DNA of 59,856 bases, from assembly GCF_001194135.2 (NCBI RefSeq), contig NC_068989.1, forward strand, positions 28,911,673 through 28,971,528. The letters are read 5' to 3'. The notes beneath the pieces are model-generated. The model was given only the letters and a program-made list of their open reading frames with translations. It had not been told where the DNA came from and did not search any database. Position numbers and translations under genes: made by a program. Below, in pieces: positions 1 to 10,169 of this stretch. The stretch is from Octopus bimaculoides (taxonomy: Eukaryota). Numbering within the stretch: the first letter of the stretch is position 1; each line of letters begins with the position of its first letter.

Positions 1-35
1 TGCTCTCTAATCAAATTAGTAAAATAAATTTAGTT

Positions 36-3000
36 TTGTTGATGCTTGAATGGAGATGTGTTGATATCTGCTGCCTCCAAGAAGTAAGGTGGAGAGGAGG
101 TTCGGCTAGGTTCCTCACAGGCAAAGAACACAGGTACAAGATTTTCTGGGCAGGGAACACAGATGGGGTCAGGGGCGTAGGTATACTTCTTGCGGAGAAA
201 TGGGTGGATAAGGTAATCGAGGTAGCCAGAATATTTGATAGAATACTTAGGATTAGATTAGTCCTTCATCACGTGTTAGCAACCATTATCTCGGCCTATG
301 CCCCTCAGCCTGGGCTACCCGATGGACAGAAAGAACGATTTTATGACACCCTCTTGCAGACCACCTCGTCGAGGAATGACAGGGACTTTCTCTTTGTGGC
401 TGGTGATTTCAATGGTCATGTTGGACAACATGCAGGGGGCTTCCATGGCGTACATGGAGGCTATAGTTTTGGTTCCTGCAGTGATGAGATAACCAGACTG
501 CTGGAGTTCTGTGATGCAAATGACCTTATGGTTTGCAATACTAACTTCAGGAAACCTGCCAGTCACCTAGTCACCTACCATTCTGGCAGACACACTAGCC
601 AAATTGACTACATCCTCACCAGGAAAAGGGAAAGATGGCTGCTTATAAATGCCAAAACCTTCCCATGTGAAGAATGTACCCCACAACATAGACTTGTAGT
701 TAGTGACTTCAGGATCAGGGCTAAGTGGTTGTCCAGAAGACGACCAGCATGGAGGAGAAGGATCTGGAAGCTCAAAGATCCTGCGAATGGACAGAGATTT
801 AGAGACTTATTACTAGAAGCCTTTGACGAAATAAAAGGGGATNNNNNNNNNNNNNNNNNNNNNNNNNNNNNNNNNNNNNNNNNNNNNNNNNNNNNNNNNN
901 NNNNNNNNNNNNNNNNNNNNNNNNNNNNNNNNNNNNNNNNNNNNNNNNNNNNNNNNNNNNNNNNNNNNNNNNNNNNNNNNNNNNNNNNNNNNNNNNNNNN
1001 NNNNNNNNNNNNNNNNNNNNNNNNNNNNNNNNNNNNNNNNNNNNNNNNNNNNNNNNNNNNNNNNNNNNNNNNNNNNNNNNNNNNNNNNNNNNNNNNNNNN
1101 NNNNNNNNNNNNNNNNNNNNNNNNNNNNNNNNNNNNNNNNNNNNNNNNNNNNNNNNNNNNNNNNNNNNNNNNNNNNNNNNNNNNNNNNNNNNNNNNNNNN
1201 NNNNNNNNNNNNNNNNNNNNNNNNNNNNNNNNNNNNNNNNNNNNNNNNNNNNNNNNNNNNNNNNNNNNNNNNNNNNNNNNNNNNNNNNNNNNNNNNNNNN
1301 NNNNNNNNNNNNNNNNNNNNNNNNNNNNNNNNNNNNNNNNNNNNNNNNNNNNNNNNNNNNNNNNNNNNNNNNNNNNNNNNNNNNNNNNNNNNNNNNNNNN
1401 NNNNNNNNNNNNNNNNNNNNNNNNNNNNNNNNNNNNNNNNNNNNNNNNNNNNNNNNNNNNNNNNNNNNNNNNNNNNNNNNNNNNNNNNNNNNNNNNNNNN
1501 NNNNNNNNNNNNNNNNNNNNNNNNNNNNNNNNNNNNNNNNNNNNNNNNNNNNNNNNNNNNNNNNNNGATACACGAACGAGTCATACCCAATGACTGGTGT
1601 AGCAGCACCATAGTCAACTGCTACAAAGTTAAAGGTGACGCTTTAGATACAAATAATTACAGAGGTATCAAGTTCTTGGATGAGGTAATGAAAGTCACGG
1701 AGAGGGTCATAGCCCAACTAATTAGGGAGAGAGTCAGTTTAGATGAGATGCAGTTTGGGTTTGTGCCAGGGAAAAGCACCACTGATGCTATATTTCCGGT
1801 AAGACAGCTGCAGGAGAAATACCTAGCCAAAGTTAAACCTCTGTACCTGGCTTTTGTTGACATGGAGAAAGCCTTTGACAGGGTCCCCTTATCTGGTGGT
1901 CAATGAGGAAACTAGGGATAAAAGAATGGTTTGAGAGCTGTGCAAGCCATGTATAGAGACGCTGTCAGTAAGGTGAGGGTTGGCAATGAGTACATTGAAG
2001 AATTCTGGGTAGAGGTAGGTGTCCACCAAGGTTCAGTCCTCAGCCCCCTCCTATTTATCATAGTCCTTCAGGCAATAACACAGGAATTCAAGACAGGATG
2101 CCCCTGGGAGCTCCTTTATGCTGACAACCTTGCACTAATTGCTGAGTCACTATCAGAACTAGAGGAGAAGTTTCAGATGTGGAAGCAAGGACTAGAATCG
2201 AAGGGCCTTAGAGTCAACCTAGCTAAAACAAAAGTCCTAATAAGTAGGAAGGTAGACAAGACACAAACCCTTTCGGGTAGATGGCCCTGCTTGATCTGTA
2301 GCAAAGGCATAGGTAGAAACTCTATAAGATGCACCCAGTGCAAGTTATGGACACATAAGAGGTGCAGCAATATCAAAGGAAGGCTAACTAGGAAGTTACT
2401 TTTTGTATGTGGCAGATGTTCAGGAGCAATAAACACTGTAAATGTGCAGAAACCAACTTCTGCCACATTCCAGGGAGAAAAATCAAATGTAATTGATAGC
2501 TTCTGCTACCTAGGTGACCAAATTAGTAGTGGGGGAGAGTGTGCTTAAAGTGTAGCTTCTTGAATAAGAATAGCATGGGCAAAGTTCAGAGAGCTCTTAC
2601 CTCTGCTGGTGACGAAGGGCCTCTCACTCAGAGTAAAAGGCAGACTGTATGATGCATGTGTACGAACAGCCATGCTACATGGCAGTGAAACATCGGCCAT
2701 GACAGCTGAGGACATGCGTAAGGTTGCAAGGAATGAAGCCAGTATGTTCCGATGGACGTGTAATGTCAGTGTGCATACTCGACAGAGTGTAAGTACCTTG
2801 AGAGAAAAGTTGAACATAAGAAGCATCAGTTGTGGTGTGCAAGAGAGACGATTGCGCTGGTATGGTCATGTGGTGAGAATGGATGAGGATAGCTGTATGA
2901 AGAAGTGCCACACCCTAGCGGTTGAGGGAACCTGTGGAAGAGATAGACCCAGGAAAATCTGGGATTAGGTAGTGAAGCATGACCTTCGAACATTAGGCCT

Positions 3001-3072
3001 CACCGAGGCAATGACTTGTGACCGAGACCTTTAGAATTATGCTGTGTGTGAGAAGACCCAGCAAGCCAAGTG
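36..3072 (+). pseudogene. Disrupted RTE ORF (AP endonuclease + reverse transcriptase + internal PHD-like finger)
   Basis: ORF-track pieces 36-842, 1676-1906, 1931-2548 and 2609-2968 are colinear parts of one EN-RT polyprotein, broken by the gap, a frameshift and stops. Confidence 0.92.
843..1567. other. Assembly gap (N run) inside RTE
   Basis: Run of N. The long poly-X ORFs in the track are artefacts of it. Confidence 1.
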
Positions 3073-3749
3073 AGACCATAATCCGAGGCCTCTGCTAGGG
3101 GTGTAGCCAGACCACTTATGCGTACCTTTCCTTCATTGGACACTAAACTCTGCTTGCGAAGACCTGTTGAGGCTAGTGAAATCAAGATCAAACCAAATTC
3201 GACTGGCACCCATGCCAACCTCTCCATTGGACACTAAACTCGGCTTGCGAAGACTTGTTGGGGCAAGTGAAAGCGAAATCGTGCCTGTACCGGTGGAGCA
3301 CTAAGAGTACCGTCTGAGCGTGATTGTTGCCAGAGCAGCTGCCTGGCTTCCGTGCCAGTGGCACGTAAATAGCACCATTTGAGTGTGATTGTTTCCAGCG
3401 TCGCCTCCCTGGCACTTGTGCTGGTGGCATGTGAAAAGACATTTGAGCGAGGTCGTTGCCAGTGTCGCTGGACTGGCTCCTGTTCAGGTGGCACATAAAA
3501 TACACCATTTTGAGTGTGGCCGTTGCCAGTACCCGCTGACTGGCCTTCATGCCGGTAGCATGTAAAAGCACTCAGTACACTCTCGGAGTGGTTGGCATTA
3601 GGATGGGCATCCAGCTGTAGAAACTCTGCCAAATCAGATTGGAGCCTGGTGTAGCCATCTGGTTCGCCAGTTCTCAATCAAATCATCCAACCCATGTTAG
3701 CATGAAAAGCGGACATTAAACAATGATGATGATGATGATGATGATACAT

Positions 3750-4725
3750 AGTGTTAATTGGTATATTTAGTATTGTTTGTATATTATATTCAGTTTAGTT
3801 GGTATGTTATGCCCCGTTTAGTTAAGTCCAGTCTAGTTGGTATATTATGTTCATCCTACTTTTTATACTATGTCCAGTGTAATTGATATGTTTAGTCTAG
3901 TTAGCATATTATGTCCGGTATAGTTCGTATATAATGTTCAGTCTAGTTGGTTCTTATGTACAGTCTAGTTGTAAATCAGATCCAGTCTGTGTATATTATG
4001 TCCAATCTAGTTGGTATGTTATATCTAATCTAGTTGGTACATAATGTCCAGTCTAGTTGGTATATTATGTCCAGTCCAATTGGTATGTTATGTCCAGCCC
4101 AGTTGGTATATTATGCCCACTCTAGTTTGTATATTATGTCCAGTCCAGTTGGCATCTTATGTTCAGTCTTGTTGGTATCTTACATCCACTCTAATTGGTA
4201 TGTTATGTCCTCTCTTGTTGGAGTGTTATGTCCAGTCTTGTTGGAATGTTTATTTATGTCCAGTCTTGTCAGAATGTTTTGTTCGGTCTAGTGGGTATAT
4301 TATATCCATCTAGTTGGTATATATTCTGTTTCAAGTAGTTAGTGTATTATGTCCAGTGTAGTTAATGTATTGTGTTCAGTCTACTTGGTATATTATGTCC
4401 AGTGTAGTTGGTATATTATATCCAGTGTAGTTATCTTACATTGACTCTATTTGGTATAATATATCCAGTGTAGTTAATATATTTTGTTCAGTCTAGCTGG
4501 TTTATTACGTCCAATCAGGTTGTTATATTATGTCCAGTGAATTTTGTATCTTATGTTCACTCTAGTTGGTATATTATATCCAGTGTATTTGACATATAAT
4601 GTCCAGTGTAGTTGGTATTTTATGTAGGGTCTAGTTTGTATATTGTGTCCATTGTAGTTGGCGTACTTCGTGTATTATGACCATTATGTCTAATGCTGTT
4701 GATATATCCTGTTTAGTCTAGTTTA
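3750..4725. repeat. Degenerate 23-bp minisatellite, consensus CTAGTTGGTATATTATGTCCAGT, roughly 40 units
   Basis: Contiguous 23-bp units are readable from 4030 to 4250 (ctagttggtacataatgtccagt / ctagttggtatattatgtccagt / ccaattggtatgttatgtccagc ...). There are no unique spacers. Confidence 0.9.
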
Positions 4726-4849
4726 TATTATGTCTTGTTGGGTTGGTATGCAAGTGATATTAAATGGGTGTGAAAATACGTGAATGTTCCTTTGAACTTA
4801 ATTTTTGAATGAGTTGTGGTAATGTTGAAATTATATGCACAATCATTGT

Positions 4850-5020
4850 TGTTATCATCATGTATTGCACACCTGCAGCACATTGATGACACTACAATGA
4901 AAGTCTTCTCAATTATGAGTGAGTTCTCCAGCTGTCTTGCCACTCTTGTCCAACCATCTCATGATATTGTGCACCTATTGAGCTCTTTGCTTGCCTCTTG
5001 ATCTACTATCCTCTACTCTT
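4850..5020 (-). mobile_element. Possible very old RTE-like LINE 3' coding fragment
   Basis: Minus-strand translation RSRGKQRAQ*VHNIMRWL resembles the RTE C-terminal RSRGRPR..W motif. Short and degenerate. Confidence 0.35.
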
Positions 5021-5174
5021 CCTTCCATGATATATAATGTTTTCCAGACATCAGTTTTTTTCACCCTTCTTTTCTAACTGTAAAATAACTTTTTTTTTAG
5101 AAATGTTATTTGCATCACAAATTTTTTTTAAAAATTGTTTCTCTTTAGTATTATATTTTTTCTCTTGTTTTTAG

Positions 5175-8100
5175 TGGTGACAAACGAAATGCTTTTGAAG
5201 CCAATAGTTCTGGAACTGTCTCCACAAAAAGACATCCAGTCACTAAACTGGAAAACATGAAAAAGCGTGGTCGTCCTCCTGGCATGAAAAAAGATAAAGA
5301 TGGTCCTTGGAAGGATATAACTGAAGAAGAGATTCGACAAGCTATGTCAGAGACTGCTGAGGAGCCAGTCGGTCTCAAAATAGAACACGAGTTATCAGTT
5401 AATGATACTTGTTTACTAAAAAAACGGAAAAAACGTAAGAAGAAAATTGATGAAGACTGTGAAATAGATGAAACAGTGAAAACAATAGTGGAAAATCAAA
5501 TGAAGTCTGTAATAAATGATGGTTTAATGAAACCTAACAGAAATGGTTGTCTGTCACCTAATAATTCTAGCTGTTGTTATAGTTGTCCTGTTTCATGTTG
5601 TGCTGCACAATCTTATTCTTGTATGCAGCCAAATAATTATCATAATGGCACTTCACCATCTCACAACTATATGTCATCTCACACTCAGGCATATGGAGCT
5701 ATGACACATAGTTCTGGTTTGCTAGTGAATAAAGAAACATCTGCACAGCATTTCAGAGAAAATGGTGAAATAACAGATAAAGTTTCTCACTCAGATTCAT
5801 ATGATGGTTTGTCTAAATTCACTCCACTCAATGCAGATTCCAACACAAAGATGAAGAAGAAGGTAAAAAAAGTGAAGAAAGAATTAATAGATACCAATCT
5901 TGCTATGAAAGGAATGTCTTCAAATCAAAATATATATGGCTTCAAACCTGGAGCGGAAGGTTGCGTTCCAAATAACATGGTTCAAAATGAAAATTCTTCA
6001 TTTGAAAATCATGATGAACCCTTGCATAAAAAATTGAAACAAGAGTGCTGTTCAGGACATTTTCAGCCATCTAGAACTAATGGTTCTTATTATAGTTGTT
6101 CCAGTAGTCCTGCCCCACCTTGCCAAGCCAATTCAAACTGTGGGCAACTGAACAACAATCTTCACCTACCACACCCAATGAATGTCAACAGTCAGCCTTT
6201 AACAGATAAACAGAAAAGATCCAGTAAGTCCCTGGATGTCAGTCCACTTGCTAACACCAATGGCAATCATGAATCATGCTGTGGTTTTACAGCAGACCAT
6301 ACCTCAGATGGTAATGAAGCTGGCTTTTACTCAGATGGTAAGGGCATGCAAGATAGTTGTATGTCTGAGGAATGTAACTCATCACATTTGACATGTTGCT
6401 GCATGTGTTCAGATGAGAATTGTGCAGGCAGTTTGGTGGAACAGCCTCAAGAATCACCACAGCAACAACTGAACTCCCCTTCTCTTTCACAGCAGCAGTA
6501 TTCTTATTCACAACAGCAACAATACCAGTATCCTCAACAGCAACAATATCCCTCTCTGCAGCAGCAACAAACTCAGGATAATCAGCAATTACAACACTAT
6601 CAACAGCAGCAAGATCATCAAATCCAAGAACAACAAGAGCAACTGCATCCTCACTTGCATCAGCAACTGCAGCAATATCATCCTCACCAGCATCACCAAT
6701 ACAATGGCAAGAACAACAACAGCAACAATCACCACCATCATCACCATCATCATCATCAACAACAACAACAACCAAAAGATGCAGGTCAGGAACAGCTGCA
6801 GCAGGTTCAACATACTGTACAGTATTCTGATATGTCGCAGCAGTCTTCTGCTACTAATGAACAATTGCAGCAAGTCTCTTCAAGTAAACTGTATTCAAAT
6901 CCTAGTTTTACTGATTCAGGACAAGACCTGATTAAATTGGCCCATGATATTCTTCACAATGCACCTGAATCCTCTAAACAAGCTTCAATTAATAAAGGAG
7001 AATTGATCTCTTCACATAATAGAAGCCAAGATGGACATGTTTCAACTGTGGGGAATGAGTCAACTGTAAATACCAACGACATTTCAGTTAAGTCTTCATC
7101 ATGTTGTATGTATTCAAATAAAAAGATGCCACTTTTATTACCACAATCTCATGAGATGTCTTCTGCAGAACAAATGTCTACAATTGGATCTGGAAATTCC
7201 CATCAGAATTCTGTACATATGCCTATGCTGAAAGCAGAAGTTTCTGATACTAATTCATTGACACTGCAGAAAAAATCAGGATCGAATACTTCCATTGTTA
7301 CTGGGAATGACCCTAATTCACATGGTAACATGCAGACTGATTGTGCTATGATGTCCCCTCAAAGTTGCTCTGTTAAAGACAGAAATAACAAACACACTTA
7401 TATGCAGTTATCTCCTGCCAACAACAACAATCCTATGACGGGAAATATGTGTAACTCATCTTCTTATCAAACTGGATTTATACGGGCATCAATTAGCCAT
7501 GTACAAAGAAATATACAATCTTGTCAATATGCTCCATTGCCTGGAAAGAAACTTTGTCATAGAGCACCAGTTGCAGTGAATTCTCCTATGAATCCTAATG
7601 CATCATATGGTAAACAAAAGAAAGAGAGAAATCAGCGAAAGAACAAAGATAAGACATCTAAAGAACCAGGTACACCAAGCATTGTGACTGATGCTCTAAT
7701 TGCAAGTGTTTTGAAAGCTGAAACTGAACTAATGGCTCAAAATTCACGCAAAGCAGCTGCTGCTGCAAATAATGTAGCACCACAAGGGATGGGTAAGAAA
7801 GAAATTGCCTTGCCATTGCCCTTATCATCAGCTGGAGAACTGTCGATATCAACAACCCTTGCCAAATATGTTAGTGGACAGAAAAGGCCAAACAACAACA
7901 ATTACACCAAGCCATGTCCGAGTGTCTCCTCTTCATGTAATCCCTTGCAAACATATAATAATTTACCTTATCTGAATTCAAATTCAAAAGCTGGCTCAGC
8001 TAAAACAGTTGTAGTCAGTTCACCAATGTCTGTGTGTGGCTCGATTCCATCCACTGGTTTTCAGTCTTGTCAGATAAACAAAAATTCTGAAAATTCTGTT

Positions 8101-9126
8101 GCCCAAGGAAATTCTTGTAAGAAAGATGATAATGGGATTGTTTCTCCATCTTCGATTCAGAGTAGTTCAGAGACTCCAATTGGTCAAACCCAATTTGTTT
8201 TACAAGGAGTACACCAAATTCAACCTGTTTTACAACAAATTCAATCAAGCACTCGTTTAAAGTCCCCACATAGCATTATGAAAACACTCCCTACTAATTC
8301 TGTCCCCAACTCCTCAGAGTCTCTAATGAATCATAACCACATTAATAAAGCTGTGGGTAGCTTGTCTGTACAAATGGTAAAAAATACAAAATCTGCAACT
8401 TCTCAAGATAGTAAAAATTTGCAGGGTTCTCCAATCAGTTCTCCTTCACAGCCTGTAGTTGTAAGATCCAGTCATGCCAATGCTCAGTCATATTTTCAGT
8501 CAGACTTTTCAAATCCCCATGTGTTCACTCCTTCTTCAAACTGCACATCTAGTCCCAATGATAGTAATAACGACCTTCATTATGCTCCTGAAGTGAACTC
8601 TTACAGCACTACGACAGCATCTACTTGGAATACTATCGGTACAAGTTTCCCTTGTAGTAACACTACCACCTCTTTGAATAGCAGTAACTTGACTAAATAT
8701 GTGAAATCGAGTTCAGCAATTGTTGCTGAGCCACTGCTTCCTACTTCTTTGAATACAGATACTTTAAACGCTTGTATGGGACTGGCTGGAACCAGCAACT
8801 TCAGTATTCTTGGTAAGGGCATATGGCAGTCAACCTGTGTCAGGAATAACGACAGCTTGGATTGCTCTGCTTATACTGACCAGCATTCCAACCAAACACC
8901 TGCCTTGAAAAATAAACAAACTTTTTCTTCTATCACTACTCCTCAGCCACCTCCTCCCCCTCCTCTTCCCACTCCATCTCCTTCCTTGCTTTCTCCTCCA
9001 CCCCCCATCATCAATGTTACTAATCCTAATACTACAAAACATTCAGAGCCAGCATCTAAAAAAGACAGAAAACCATGCAAAAAGCAAGATAAGCCATCTG
9101 GAACACATCCAGAAACTAATGAACAG
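5175..9126 (+). CDS. KDM4: KDM4/JMJD2 lysine demethylase, giant internal exon (3952 nt; post-JmjC linker)
   Basis: Acceptor tttttag|TGGTGAC at 5174/5175 after a pyrimidine tract. The frame is open throughout. Donor CAG|GTAAGC at 9126/9127. The motif STKRHPV resembles the post-JmjC GTKRHRV of vertebrate KDM4A. The phase 0 end matches the next exon at 35747. Confidence 0.88.
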
Positions 9127-9849
9127 GTAAGCTTTTGGGAAAACTTGGTAAAATGGATGTGAGGAAATAAAGGGGAGGGAAATTGTTTTAAAAATGAGGG
9201 TGTTAAAAAATATATAATAATAATAATAATGATAATAATTATTTAAGATTATTCACTGAATTGGAACTAACTGTTGTTACTGTTTCCTTATTATTTTAAA
9301 AAAATGCATATGTAGAGATGTTATTAATGCAGTATCTGATAAGTTTTTTTTTATCAATACTTTTTTTTCATTTATCAATATTTGGTTCTAAGTAGTGATA
9401 GTGTTAACATTTCAGTATCATCTCACTTGTCATTGTTCTGAGCATTTTACCCTCTTAGACTACCATCATTGTTTTTAATATTGATGTTTATGTAATGTGT
9501 TGATCTCAGTGTGTGTGTGAGAGAAAGAGAGAGTTAGCTCAGAACAAATGGAAAGAAAATTACCCCCCTATCGAACTCTTTGTTAGTTAGTTATTCATCT
9601 ATATTTTCCATTCCCTTACCAATCTAGTTTTATTAACATCATTCATTAATTTATTTCTCATGTGTATTAAAGCAAACATAAAGCACAGGTAAGACTACTC
9701 ACATAGAGGAAAACTTTTGCTATTATAATCTGGTTTGTATTTTACTCATTTCCTAGTTTGTGTTTAAAATTATTCTTGATTGTAATTTTTTGTTCTATCT
9801 GTTGCTGAAAATTCTGTATTTAGTAGAGCAAGATAGATTAATTTCTCTA

Positions 9850-10030
9850 AGCACAGCATCGCTGATTAGTTAAGAAGTTTGCTTTGCAACTACAGGCCCT
9901 GGGTTCAATCCCTCTGTGTGCCATCTTAGGCAGATGTAATTTTCTATAACCTTGAGTCAACTCACACCATATGGTTAAAATTAGATGTAAATTAGGGCAG
10001 ATGGAGACTGAACTGTAGTCTGTTGGGTGG
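9850..10030 (+). mobile_element. Degenerate tRNA-derived SINE, family B (CORE-like)
   Basis: gcacagcatcgctgattagttaagaagtttgc...gggttcaatccc...ttaggcagatg resembles the 23367 copy (A/B boxes, then a cttgggcaag-like core). Confidence 0.6.
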
Positions 10031-10169
10031 ATTATGCTTCTAATTCAAAAGGTACAACCTTGTCACACACTATCATTCTGTGTCTGCCTGAGACTTATAT
10101 TAAGGGTAATATACTTGTGGAAAGTTCAGCCACTTTCATGTTAATCTCATATAATCAAATAACTGAATC

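Larger units (their letters stand above)
36..3747 (+). mobile_element. RTE-clade non-LTR retrotransposon (LINE), slightly 5'-truncated, with disrupted ORF, 3' UTR and (GAT)n tail
   Basis: APE endonuclease motifs (CCLQEVRW, ISAYAPQ, GDFNGH, SQIDYIL, QHRLV) at 36-840. RT motifs after the N gap (QFGF, FVDMEKAFD, GVHQGSVLSPLLF, LLYADNL, FCYLG, RLRWYGHV). Frameshift near 1890 and in-frame stops at 2546 and 2966. ORF end ~3072, 3' UTR 3073-3720, (GAT)n tail 3722-3747. Confidence 0.95.

Noticed and set aside
608-1617. Long ORFs of 272-525 aa spanning the N run
   Set aside because: They are artefacts of translating Ns as X. Only the RTE endonuclease part is real.
3750-4725. CRISPR-like appearance of the regularly spaced repeat
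   Set aside because: Units are contiguous and degenerate with no unique spacers, there are no cas genes, and the context is a eukaryotic intron.
5257-5259. Treating ATG 5257 as the start of a stand-alone 1301-aa intronless gene
   Set aside because: The frame is open upstream to a good acceptor at 5175, includes a KDM4-like KRHP motif, and ends at a consensus donor in phase with downstream KDM4 exons.
6287-6873. Antisense ORFs (162 aa and 94 aa) over the polyQ/H region
   Set aside because: They are mirror frames of CAA/CAG/CAT repeats, which lack stops on the opposite strand. No independent coding signal.
5175-9126. HP1-binding PxVxL motif as in Drosophila Kdm4A
   Set aside because: I could not find a convincing PxVxL in the translated exon by eye.
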